A stretch of DNA of 64,000 nt. Source: Ylistrum balloti (taxonomy: Eukaryota). The first letter of the stretch is position 1, and the number at the start of each line of letters is the position of its first letter. The translations under genes were made by a program, and so were the position numbers. Where the stretch lies: positions 1,984,001 to 2,048,000 of the forward strand of contig NW_026782081.1 in NCBI RefSeq assembly GCF_031769215.1, given 5' to 3'. The notes beneath the pieces are model-generated. The model was not told the origin of the DNA, searched no databases, and saw only the letters and a list, made by a program, of their open reading frames with translations. Positions 1 to 12,468 of this stretch are shown one piece after another.

Positions 1-470
1 ATTGAGGACCACAGATTAGGTATATAGTGATGGTGTACCATTGTGTACCAATGATTGAGGAACACAGATTAGGTATATAGTGATGGTGTACCATTGTGTA
101 CCAATGATTGTGTACCACTGATTAGGTATATAGTGATGGTGTACCATTGTGTACCAATGATTGTGTACCACTGATTAGGTATATAGTGTTGGTGTACCAT
201 TGTGTACCAATGATTGTGTACCACTGATTAGGTATATAGTGATGGTGTACCATTGTGTACCAATGATTGAGGACCACAGATTAGGTATATAGTGATGGTG
301 TACCATTGTGTACCAATGATTGAGGAACACAGATTAGGTATATAGTGATGGTGTACAATTGTGTACCAATGATTGTGTACCACAGATTAGGTATATAGTG
401 ATGGTGTACCATTGTGTACCAATGATTTTGTACCACTGATTAAATATAATGATTGTGTACCAGTGTGTAT
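1..470. repeat. 53-bp tandem repeat, 8 full copies plus a decayed one, truncated by the window start
   Basis: Units start at 1, 54, 107, 160, 213, 266, 319 and 372. Consensus ATTG(AGG/TGT)ACCAC(A/T)GATTAGGTATATAGTGATGGTGTACCATTGTGTACCAATG. Confidence 0.95.
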
Positions 471-1561
471 CATGTGTACCCACTTGTTATCAGTTTAATG
501 TTAAGCTGGTAAAAACTCAATTAAGAATGAAAATCAGTTTATTATCTATATTATTGTTACTTACATATTGTAATACTTAGTCATATCATGATATATCTAG
601 TCATATTGTAATATCTAGCCATATTGATGTATTCTAATCATTGTAATATCTAGTCAGAAACATAATATCAACTTATATGCTGGAGATTTGTCTGCTTTAT
701 TTTCATTATTTTATCTTATTGTAGTAATGCTGTGTACTTATCATGTTTTAGTTCTATTGTTACTAATTTCAGTACACACATCATTTAACTCTGGCTATGT
801 ACAAGGAAATAGTCAATTTTGTTTCTTTCAAAAATTTTGCCAACATTAATTAGGATTGAACATTGTCTAGAATGCAAATGCCTAAATCAATATTTCATTG
901 CATTCAGGGTAGAAAATAATTTGAAGTAAAATGATTAACAATTGCAAACAGCAGAAGAGTTCATTCCATTACAAGATAAAGATTTTTCTACCCATAATCT
1001 TAAATTTCTTGACAAAAGCCTGCGTTTTTTCTATTGAAATGAAGCATAAAAAGCTTGGTATCAGTTTTCCCGTGACGAGGGTAGAGTGTGCAGGCGATAT
1101 TGCGTGATTTTATCATGTGGGATTTGGGGCGGGACATGCTATACACATCATTAACCCGGAATACCAGACCTGTCAATCATGCGTTTACGGGGTGGCAAGT
1201 TTATGTAAGGAAAATCGTCCAAAACAAGAAGCCATGACCCTTCTGTGTGGTCTAGGAAAATCTCTGCAGCAGTTGTAAACTGTCCTTAGGCTCCTTTTCA
1301 ATACCTCATAGAAGCAATGTAATTTCCATTCCAGCATCTGATGCTAATAACATATTTATGGGTGAAAGAAGAATGTATAGCATTAAAAGTACATATGATC
1401 ATTGTTGATGTTTTACTTTGTGTTTGGTACCCATGGTACAGTGGGATCTTTATTGTGAGGTAGTTGTTAAGAGGGGTACCATATTTATCCTGCATTAAAC
1501 CCTAGAGGCAAACACATATACTCTCTTACTCAACGAAAGTGGGAAGTTGGCAGCTTATTAC

Positions 1562-1662
1562 AGATGATTCAAAGTAGGGGATGAACTTATGACGGACGAC
1601 TCAAAGTAGGAACTGGGCTTGTGACAGATGACTCAAAGTAAGGGATGAGCTTACGACTGGAC
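1562..1662. repeat. Short degenerate tandem repeat, about 31-bp unit, 3-4 copies
   Basis: Recurring GA(C/T)TCAAAGTAGG...CTTA(T/C)GAC blocks. Confidence 0.7.
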
Positions 1663-2032
1663 AGTAATAAAGTTTTGGGCTTATTAACAGACATTGATGT
1701 ATTGTGAGTAATATAAAGTTTAGGAAAATCAAGTATGAACAAAAAAAAAGCAACTGTTTTGATATGTAATTTACTAACACAATCACAAAATTATGCTAGG
1801 AGATAGTGCCAACCTATCTGTAAGACATTCTGACACAGAGAATTTCTTTGTGAATGTTGTGACACAAGGGCCTCTCCTCTAGTGTGGTAGAGCAGAAGAC
1901 TTGTAAAATATTTGGAGCAGAGAATAAATGATTAAATCCTCTTCAATAAACACAGTGGGCAGGTACTCCTCCCCCTGTACCAGCTGGTATTGTTCCTGGA
2001 GGAGCTGGTCATTCGCTGACCATTGTTTCCAG

Positions 2033-2113
2033 ACAGGACAAGCGCCCCTCCCTGAGAATGTGAGGAATTTGATAACCAGATCTAGCTGTGTTATTGTGGC
2101 TGAGATTTGTCAG
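2033..2113 (+). CDS. Candidate upstream exon of the TALE homeobox gene (TGQAPLPENVRNLITRSSCVIVAEICQ)
   Basis: Acceptor TGTTTCCAG, 81 nt open in phase 0, donor CAG|GTAGAC. No homology recognised, and other frames here are also open. Confidence 0.25.
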
Positions 2114-4595
2114 GTAGACAATAACTATAAGGAGTTGACTTGGTGTATCGTGTCACTGTATAGGATCCAGGTGTTATTCTACAAATTTAGAAAGAGCAAT
2201 AAATATACTTTGTGTTATGTCTAAGGGTAGTGGTAAGAATACCAATCCTGTACAGATAATAGTGTGGAGATGGGTTGAAAAAATCCAAGATTAGATGGAT
2301 CCATAATCAAAGATTGGCACCATCTTCTGTGAATGGTACTTGGTGTTTAGACTAACTGGTGATTTAGGACATTTTACAGAAATTCTAAAATCCAATATGG
2401 CCATTGTGGCTTCTGATTGCAACAGTTTATATCTACTGGGCTGATGTTGATCCTTTATTTCTGGTGATACTTGTCATATATAAAGTGTGTAATGCTTTAT
2501 TTGTAATCCTTATGTGGTTCCTCCTTCACTATTATGGAATATGTATGTCTGACACACTGTTACACCATTACTTACCTGTCAATTGTCTTGTTATTAATTT
2601 GTTTTTATGACGCTATATAGAAATAATTCATCTCATCGCAATTAAAATTGAAGAGAGTGAATTAAACCAGCCCTATCTATAAAACCCTTGATATGTTGGT
2701 AAAGGTCCACAATGATTTGCTGTTACATGTTCTGAAGGAAAGTTAGCTGAAGTAGAAAGTTTGTGTTGGGTATGTGAGTCAGCGGTGGTGAGAAACCCAG
2801 TGGGGTGGGAGATGTTTACATTGAGAACATTATTTGGACGAGATAGATTAATTTAGTTAACAACAGTAGCTTAGTTTGGGCTCCAGGTGTAATCAGGAAC
2901 TACTGTATTCCAGACAGGTCAGGATGTGGGAAACATGTAAAAGAAGACTCCATTTCTCTTGCAGCTGCAAATCAGTAACATTTTGCTATCTGAAATAAAA
3001 TGTGAAATTTAAAATGGATGTTATAAGTACAAACAGAGGCTTTAAAGATATATGTATACAAAATTACACTTGGCATAATTGAGATATTTGATTAAGAGTA
3101 ATTTGGATGTCAGGCCTGTATGAAAAATGTTTGCTTTTGGATAGGAACATCCTTTACAAAATTAGTTTTTATTTTTAAATTCCAGGCACTGATATTATCC
3201 TTTAAAGAATCAAAATCTGAGCTTTCTGATATTCCATTTGTTAGAAAGTTATAGGAAAGTTTGTACAAGGCACCAGACATTGTTTTAGTGTGTGCCATTG
3301 GGTGAGATTTATCCACCTACACCAGGGCCTTTTCACCTGTAATTAGACCTGACGTAGAGGCGCACCTGGGTCACTTACAGCCAAGAGCACTAATCTACAG
3401 ACCATCTCAAACACTTTGGCCTAGGCCATTCTTGACATCCGGCCAGACTTTTGGTCAGATTTATCTGAAATTAGAATGTAAAACTACCTATTCCATGTCG
3501 AGTAGATCACTCAGTATTGTATTTCCAGCAGGTTTTGACCATCGGCCAGATTTTTAGATCAACAATCATATTTTAATAGAGAATTATAAAATCAAATCAG
3601 AAATAAGAATTCAAAAGGTCATACTGAACTAGACTGTTGTCAGGTATATCGTGTGTGTTCTACCCTGTTCTAGGGTTGAAAAGGAGAACATTTTAATAGT
3701 AGAGAACTGTCCATATGTGTGTGTATAAGGGTTAGGATTTATACCTATAAAGTATGGGGGCTGAAATATGATCATTGTATAATAAATTGTCGGGATAAGT
3801 GAACGATGTTTGTAGCTAATGTGGTGTGGTGAGCTGCACACTCAGATACACAAGTGATTTATAATTAAAAGTTTTGTGAAATCAGAAAACTGAAGGAGGT
3901 GAATGTTAATTCATTTCCTTTTGAATTTTGTGTGAATTTTAAATTTTCACATGATAGGTGACTTAGTAATCATCAACCAGGTCTAGTAGAAAATGGAATG
4001 AAGATATGTTCATAAATAAGAGATAAAATAAGTACAACTTCCGTTCTGGTCAGTTTTCCAATAATGATGTGTTTGATAGCTTTTGGTCAGTGATGACAGT
4101 GGTGTTATCAGCACATGCTACAGAAGATATTAATATCATACCCAGTGCCCAATGTCTGCCTGAAAGTTCAACCTTACAGATAAACAGTGCTTTTTTTAAG
4201 ATATCAATGTTTCAATTCACAAGAGAAGGCTTTTTTCTCCTTAGTTAAACCGTATTTTTTTTTTACCATTCTCTTTGCATTAGTCAGATGTTAAGAGGCC
4301 ATTCAAGGGGTTAACCTCTTGCACTGAACTCATTTATTTTACTACTGGTGGCTACATCTCCAGACTTACAAACAGAAAGGACAAACTATCTGCTGGTACA
4401 TACATACAGTTACAGTTCTATATACAAGTCTGCATAAGGACTTAATATATATATATATGACTTACATTTATAATTATATACAAATCTCTATAAGGACTCT
4501 TTAAAACTGGTACATACACTTATATAGACAGGACTTGAACATTTTACATCTTGTGTACATGTTTAAAGGGGCATTTTTTCTATCTACATACTTAT

Positions 4596-4738
4596 TGTAA
4601 CCCTGGTAAATACTACATACCATTTGGCTAGGCTGAACTTCTCTTTAGCTTGATCGTTTGAGCATCAGATTAGAAAGCCAGGGGTCCCAGGTTCAATTCC
4701 AAGCAGAGGAATGGAAATTAATAATGACCTCTGTTACA
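4596..4738 (+). mobile_element. Solo LTR of a TRIM-type element with an internal tRNA-like sequence (Helenus-like)
   Basis: Termini TGTAAC...GTTACA, 4-bp direct repeat TTAT on both flanks (4592-4595, 4739-4742), tRNA-like segment 4639-4710 with TAGCT A-box start and GGTTCAATTCC B-box. Confidence 0.75.
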
Positions 4739-5078
4739 TTATATATAGATAAGGCTATATGTCAGCACATTAAGTGACTTTATTTCACATAGTTATATGG
4801 AGTAGAAAACAGATATGATTATACACATATGATCATACAAATAATCAGATAAGACAATACATACACAATTATATAAGAAAAGCATACACCTGGTTATATA
4901 GGCAAAACTCCAGGGCATATTACTATTGAAGGAATAAAGGTGTAGTAGACAGTTCTATGCATACTGTAGTATTATAGATAAGAAAGGATAGCACTGACTA
5001 GGAAAATCTGAAAACTACATCAAAAATTTATGTTATCAACCAAGAACCTGAAGTTCACTCATTCATTTTAACTTACAG

Positions 5079-5125
5079 TATCTGATATAGCCGAGGTAGT
5101 GATAAGTACTCTTGGCAATGTCCAT
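5079..5125 (+). CDS. Candidate upstream exon of the TALE homeobox gene (xSDIAEVVISTLGNVH)
   Basis: Acceptor TTTTAACTTACAG and donor GTATGA. It ends in phase 0, compatible with exon 7183. No homology support. Confidence 0.35.
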
Positions 5126-7182
5126 GTATGATTCTCTTTATGAACACAGAAATCAAGATGTTGAATTGAAAAAAGAGCTAAGTTTGAGAAAAACTAGACC
5201 CTGTTGTGTTACACCTGCACGAACCTCGAGAGGAGAAAACATGTGTAAAATTGAGATATTTAAAGTTTGGTAATCAGTTCTGGGCGACCAGAATCTGTGG
5301 TGTGTTATATGTAGCAGTGATTTCTGGCCAACTTAATCACAGCCACGATACCTACTTCCGAGTGCACACCATAAAAAATAACTAATTACCTGATAAAAAA
5401 TCGAGAAATTGAGGAGATGTTTTTGTTTTGGGAGAAGTTTCGTACTTTAGTGGGTTAGGGTTCAATTAGTTTTACAAGAACCTGGTTTAAAATGTTATCA
5501 AGACCTATCAAAATGCACCCATGTTTACTGGAGTTGGCGTTTAAAAAATATTGACAATGGGCCATTTTAAACATAATTTGAATGAAATATTGATTTCTTA
5601 TTCCTTACTCTAGGGTGAAGGGTGGGGGGTTGGAAGGGTTAAATCTGGCAATCGATAAGAAATGTTATGATTAGAAGGAGCAACAAATTAGGAGCTGGAA
5701 AACTAGTTTTGATTTTTTAAAAAAAATATATAATATGAAGTATGCCTTTTGAGTGAAAGATTGATATCCAGGTATACTGTTATACATGTTGGCATGGAGC
5801 CATTTTGCTCATAAGTAATAAGGAGTCATGAAAACAATTAATTCATAGAAGTAAAACATACTGATAGGATTATGTGATAAATGAAATATTGACTTTTTCT
5901 GAAACCTAGGTACATTATCAGATGATCCAGATTAGTTTTCCAGATAAAGCATTGAAACAATTTTGAAATTTTATTATAAATTCCTGTAGGATTTTTTCTT
6001 CCACTAATATCAAAATCCCCACTTCTGCCTGATGTTACCAATAGAAGCAATATTTAAGCATTCTGAATCTAAACAAAGTCAAGTCCACTTTGCCTTATCA
6101 GGGACAAAAGGATTCATTTTGCCTTAATCTGAGCTTTATATGTAGCTTTAGAAACAATCAGAAGACCAGCATGTTAATTGAAGATTTTCATCGAGTGACG
6201 TAATTGTCATACGACCTAACTATTGTTTAGCGGCCAGATTTTACCTCCACTTCTCTGAACCGTGACCTGCCAACAATGACCAGCAGTTGTAGGATGATAT
6301 TGTGAATATGTCATTATGTGATTTGGTTATTAGACATAACTTTGAAGGATATATCGGGCTTGCTTGGTGGAGAGACCCCACACAGTTATAGAAAACAACA
6401 CAAAACACAAGTCAATCAACGCTAAGTCTTCCGTAATCTATATCTAGATATACATAGGACTCAGTTTGACAGGCGTCTGCTGTGGCTTACCTACCGTTTT
6501 AAGTCCAATTCAGCCCTGGTGCTTGTTGAGTCATAATTGATCAATTATTTTGTAGCATTACAGGCTATAGGTGTTCAATCCTGTCTGTGTTTAGTGGGAA
6601 TAGCACAGCACTTTTGGTCTTTCTCATTCTAGTATATTTCCTCTACTTTTTCACAATTATTGATTTATATAAAATATCTTAACAACTTTTCTACTTTATT
6701 TGGTATATACATATGGATTTTGATAAGTTGACATTTCAATTTCTTTTCACTTAAATGAACCTGTTATAAACCACTAGTTTGATATTGTACTCTATAATAA
6801 TGGACTACCTCAAACATTCCAACACAATATAAAAATTTTGTTAAAAAGACATTGTGTAATTTATGTTATGCTTGATACATGTAATGGTACAATGTACACA
6901 CGATAATTCATCTATATAAAAAAGAAATACAGAAAAGTGATAAATGTGTCAAAATGTTACCAAGAAAGTCAGAAGGTTTTGTTAAGTGAAGGTTATGTCA
7001 CACAGCAGTTGTGTCAGAGTTTGTTTCCATTTTTGACTTTCATATAATTTCAGAGGAAAAAAATTCTTTAAAAAGGGACATATTTTAGAAATCACAAACC
7101 TGCTATGAAAATAGTCTACATTCTCCCTTATAATTATTTAAGATAATATCATTAACTGTATTTTTTTTCTTTTCATTTCCAG

Positions 7183-10100
7183 CCTGCGACATTCCAAGTG
7201 CCAAACCATACAACTGGTGTCACATCAACAAGCATGACAGGCCAGCCGATGGATGGGGGTATGACTCCAACCATGGGTACCCCACAGAAAGGCCTTAATG
7301 ATATGATGGTAAATACAATTGTGAAAAGAATATCAGTAAAAGCAGTAAATCACAAACTGAATCAATTTATTCCAGATTTATATTCATCCTTTAATTCAGT
7401 ACTTGTTATATTTCCAGCTCCATGGGGATATATTCTCATCACCAGCAGCCAAGAAAGGTTTAGATCTGGTGGGGATGGCTTCGCCCCAGTTCAAGTCTCT
7501 CAGGGACTTATCAGACTGTAATGACAATGGGAGCATGGTTAGCAGCAGTAGCCAACACTCTATTAAGTCGGAGTCCAAGAAACACCCCAGTCTTCCAAAA
7601 GAGGTACACATACCATTCAACTTCTCAATAAGAAATTATATCTGGCTTGCTTTCTTATAACTATGAAATATAATCAACAAGTTTGAGATATTTTGAGAGT
7701 GTTTCTTATCTTTAAAAAACTGAGATTTGAGATATATTTGTTTTATTTTTTACAATTAGTTGTACAGCAAAGTTGTTTAGATATTTATTGATGCAATCAA
7801 ATTATAAGGATATTTACCTCTTGAGACCTGAATTATTGTTACCAGAATGTAGGGACAGCTACATTAGTAGTAGTAGTAGTAGTACATGTATTGTGTATTG
7901 GCCTGATCTAGGACAAGAGAATGCTTTCCTAATATCCAAACCAGCCATCAATGTCTCTATGTATGTTAGAGATGTAATGCTCTCTAGATACCAACAGCTA
8001 AAAGTACAGCTGTCCATATAATTGAAGTAAAATCAAAGTTCCAAGCAATTTGATGACATTTGATAGGAAAGTAATCTAAAGTTGCAGTTTCCAGTTTAAA
8101 AATGACCTGCTTTCTTGCCTAAGTGTACCTTATTTTGTGGGACTTGTGGAGATGCTGTGTTGAGTCTAGGTGTAGATGATGAGGGTTTGTAGAGGGACAT
8201 GTGGCTGTAGGAGATGGTAGGCTAGGTAACATGGGTAAGGTTATGTGTGATGAATACCAACAACTAGTCCTCTGACCTGACATATGGTGAATCACTCTAA
8301 TATTCCCTCAAATTTTAGTGACCTTATATTTTAGAACAGCAAATTTATGCTAAATAACTAAATCATTTGCCTAAATTGCTGTGAAGTTTAGAAATTTGGA
8401 TATCACATGTGGTTGAATCTTCAATTTGTATTGGTGTATTGTTGAACATTTCTGTATGCTGTTCCATTTGCCATATGTATTTAGAGATGCCATCTTGCCG
8501 TAATGGTAGGATGCTGAGCATGGTTGGACTTCCTGTACATTTTCTTCCTTACCATGACTAGGCCTGTTACACTATTTTAACAGAATTATACATTACGAAA
8601 ACTCCTTGTCAGGCAAACAGCAGGTAGAACAATGCAAAAATATCAAAACTATGTGCAGCCAGGGCCTGGCAAATTCGACAGGAATTTCTGTGTCTGCAAG
8701 AAATTAGGGAAGGGAGATAAGCCAAAATTAAATATGATATTAGAGAGTACAGCCAGGGGAATGGAATTCTGTGTCATGAAAATTACAGAACAATGCATTA
8801 GCCAGAATTGATTATGATACTTGTTCTGATGCCAAGTGAACGGAATTTTCAGTGAATTTGGTAAGGGAAATAACTCTGCATTCAGGAAGAAGTCAAGGTC
8901 ATGGTGATAAAACAAAAAGATGGAAAAAACTTTTTTTTTTTTTTTCTTGTTGTGCTATGTGGTGGATTGTTACATGCTGGAGTTTTTTTTGTAATTGCTT
9001 TATTGTATCATTAGGCCAACAAAAGTAGGGCTCAATGGCAGAGAAATGGCATCATATGTCAGATCAACCTTAATCTTTTTGTGACACATATTTTCTTACA
9101 TTGTTTCTGATTTTATGGGGAAAATAACAGAAATCTGACAACAGTATTTTAACTGTCCTATGTCATGTTATTAACTTTATGTAATGAAAGTCTATATTAA
9201 TTTGTATAAAATACTTGTCAAGGTTTCCTTGGAGTTTCTGGTAAGAATGTTTTGACTCTATGTGTTTGAATTGCGTACTTGGGATATAAACCTAATTGTT
9301 ATTGTAGGAACTGATGATGTAGACACAATGGCCAATTATAACGTGACTAGTGTTATTGTAGGGTTGGATGTTGTAGGGAGGGATATGGCCAGATAACATG
9401 TGACCAGTGTCATTGTGGGGAGGGATATGGCCAGATAACATGTGGCCAGTGTCATTGTAGGGAGGGATATGGCCAGATAACATGTGACCAGTGGCATTGT
9501 GGGGAGGGATATGGCCAGATAACATGTGGCCAGTGTCCTTGTAGGGAGGGATATGGCCAGATAACATGTGGCCAGTGTCCTTGTAGGGAGGGATATGGCC
9601 AGATAACATGTGACCAGTGGCATTGTAGGGTGGATATGGCATGATAACATGTGACCAGCATCATTGTAGGGAGAGATATGGCCAGATAACATGTGGCCAG
9701 TGTCATTGTAGGGAGGGATATGGCCAGATAACATGTGACCAGTGTCATTGTATGGAGGGATATGGCCTGATAACATGTGACCAGTGTCATTGTATGGAGG
9801 GATATGGCCTGATAACATGTGACCTGTGTTATAGTAGGGAGGGATATGGCCAGATAAGATGGGACCAGTGTTATTGTATGGAGGGATATGGCCTGATAAC
9901 ATGTGGCCAGTGTCCTTGTAGGGAGGGATATGGCCAGATAACATGTGACCAGTGTCATTGTATGGAGGGATATGGCCAGATAACATGTGACCAGTGTCAT
10001 TGTATGGAGGGATATGGCCTGATAACATGTGACCTGTGTTATAGTAGGGAGGGATATGGCCAGATAAGATGGGACCAGTGTTATTGTAGGGTAGGATGTT

Positions 10101-12468
10101 ATGAGGAAGGATATGGCCAAATTATTGCGATATCAATTGGCCATTGATATTTTAATAGTAGGTAGATATCTGTAAGTCTTCTCTCCAGTGTTACTTTACT
10201 GAGGGGTTTTGTGATTGTTTGGGTGAGATATGGCCACACCATACATGTGATTGTCACAACTGACAGATAGTTAGAAAATAGTGCTACAGCTCGCCATACC
10301 TGTAATGTGTTGGATGGAGAATTATAAGGGCACATGCTGTTAAGGGGCTGTACAATCTTCATTGGGCCGCTAAGGCAGTTTAATTGGCACAAAGTTTCTT
10401 TAGCAGATTTATTCCTACGCCATACCAAAGCATGTGTGGGTGGGTCCTATTCTATAGAGGCCAGAGAAGGGGCTTACCGGTTTTAACTTGATGGTGTTGC
10501 AGGACAGATGTGATAAGGTGTGACCAGAATTTACCCCCTCCTTACTCTATATATGTGTTTATGGCAATGAATATATTCAAACTTAGCCCAGCCCTAATCA
10601 TTTTACATGGGCTGCCAAAGGTGATATAGCTAAAAATTCTGATGCACAGTTGGAGCTTTTGGTTTATACGAGAGATTAGAATGGAATTCCATCTGTCCTG
10701 ATACCTGTTAAATTATTTACTATATAATGTTCACGTAGTTAAAACTGGGATTTTTCTCTCTTAGTCTTTGATTAAACAGTTACAAAATATTACAACACTT
10801 TGTTAATGATACAATAGGCAGTATTAAAAGTTTAACATGTTTTTCCAGAATAATTTAGTAAGAAAGATAGAGAGTTTAATTGTGGGTTTCCCCTGGGTAG
10901 TGTGGTTTTCTCCCTAAATAACACCCATCGTGTACTTTCATCAATGGTTTATATAAGCTAATAGCTTCTTTCACAGTTGTTGTAAAGTAAATAGAGTTTA
11001 TATTACTGGTAAATTGGTAAGACGTACTTGTTGCTAGCAGAATTTGATCTTTGATATCAGTAGCTGTTTACAAAAACTGCCAATTTTAGTGCTGGACTTG
11101 TGCAGTTAGCTTATAACTTTTGTAAAGTTACCTGTATGTTTTTCTATATTAGGACTCATTTAGAAAATATTTTTGTTATGATAATTGTGTGCGAGGAAAT
11201 GGGATAGTCTTGTCACAGACCTGATCAAAATTAAGATATTAAAGTTATATGTATCAGTCTTATCTTGTGATGGTGGGTTAGTGCTAATGCTGCATTGTAT
11301 TTATTATGTTGAGATGTTTTTAACTCTTTATCCCACTTACCTACATATACAGGAAGGGAACTGTCTCCCTCCCCCCTCCTCTTATCAGTAAAGATTGTCA
11401 AACTTTCATTCAACATTTCACTTCTGTCTACCTTCAACGTTGAATACACAATAGATTGATTGTCAAGGTAGTATTTGGGGGTGCGCTGTGGCTACATTAA
11501 CAGGGGCCAACAATAGACGCAGACGGAGATAAATGGTCCGATATGTCGCCTAAACTAGATAAGTGTAGATAACAGTAATGTGATGTAAAAGGCATAGCTG
11601 AGGTGAACTTGATTACTGTGCTTTATTATAATTAATGGGAATATTATGCAACAGATCTTATATTCTAGTTTATAAAATTCTGTTGCTGTCTTTACTTTAC
11701 CAGTCAAGTTACCTTACTGTTTATATTATTTGGTAAGAAATCATTAATATTTGTCTATCTCTAGCCTATTGGGGGCTTTACTTTCTGCTAATTTTTTAAT
11801 AACAAGGGAAGAATACTGTATTTTCTGCAAAAATAAGTTTGAAGTTAATGATTTTTCAGTAATCAAGTCATGGTATGTTTGTAAATGATTAAGTAGTTTT
11901 TAGTGGCCAAATTGTAACACACATTCATATATGAATTTGCAAAATACATTCTGCATTCCTGACATCCATTTTCTTGGGTGTGTCTAGTAACCAAACAGTA
12001 ACAAAAATTGTTGTGTGTCTTGTAATATCAACATTACATCACAATATATGATCAATGATTCTTTAGGCTCAGTGGCTTGGATAATTTTCTGGTTTAGTTT
12101 GTGAAGGCTTCAATTCTAGGACACACTGTATACATTTCACCACAGCAACATTTCAATGTAACTTGATAAAACCTTTGTATAACAGAATTATAAAAATACA
12201 TGGTACTGTTTAGTTGTTTACACAGTGGCAGTGTTCTGGTTTCAATTTGCAGCATTTAATGATCTTTGTTTGAATATAAACTTTTATTTTACAGGCTGTG
12301 GCTATCATGTTGGACTGGCTTCGACAACACAAAGACAACCCTTACCCTAATGATGATGAGAAAGCAATGTTGATCAAACAGACAGGGTTGACAATCAACC
12401 AGATCAACTATTGGTTCACCAATGCACGACGTAGAATTCTCCCGAAATGGGCCCAGCAGTGTAAATAG
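7183..12468 (+). CDS. TALE-class homeobox transcription factor, 3' part; TGIF/Meis-like but not a clear orthologue, possibly a spiralian-specific TALE
   Basis: Exons 7183-7308, 7418-7603 and 12295-12468, all phase 0 with GT-AG ends. The spliced homeodomain reads [11 protein letters not shown]|[57 protein letters not shown], with the TALE loop ahead of PYP and WFxNARRR. The start codon was not located. Confidence 0.92.
9335..10130. repeat. 42-bp minisatellite, about 19 copies, in the intron that splits the homeodomain
   Basis: Unit GGGAGGGATATGGCCAGATAACATGTGACCAGTGTCATTGTA. It explains the 14-aa periodic ORFs 9292-9642, 9336-10028, 9452-10120 and 9641-10147. Confidence 0.97.
10880..10975 (+). 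mobile_element. Degenerate V-type SINE fragment
   Basis: GTGGGTTTCCCCTGGGTAGTGTGGTTTTCTCCC followed by AACACCCATCGTGTACTTTCATC, similar to the body of the SINE at 42692-42876. Confidence 0.5.

Noticed and set aside
2965-2974. 10-nt microexon (CTGCAAATCA) that would reconcile the phases of candidate exons 2033-2113 and 5079-5125
   Set aside because: The acceptor is good, but the donor GTAACA is weak and the fit could be chance without transcript data.
4086-4135. Minus-strand SSVACADNTTVITD resembling the RT YADD motif
   Set aside because: A single degenerate motif with no colinear flanking RT motifs.
4639-4710. Functional tRNA gene (Ser-AGA-like loop)
   Set aside because: The anticodon and T stems are mismatched, there is no long variable arm, and it sits inside LTR-like termini with a TSD.
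8584-8623. 40-nt cassette exon that would give a homeodomain-less TALE isoform, as in Meis/hth
   Set aside because: Supported only by splice-site look-alikes, which are frequent by chance in a 4.7-kb intron.
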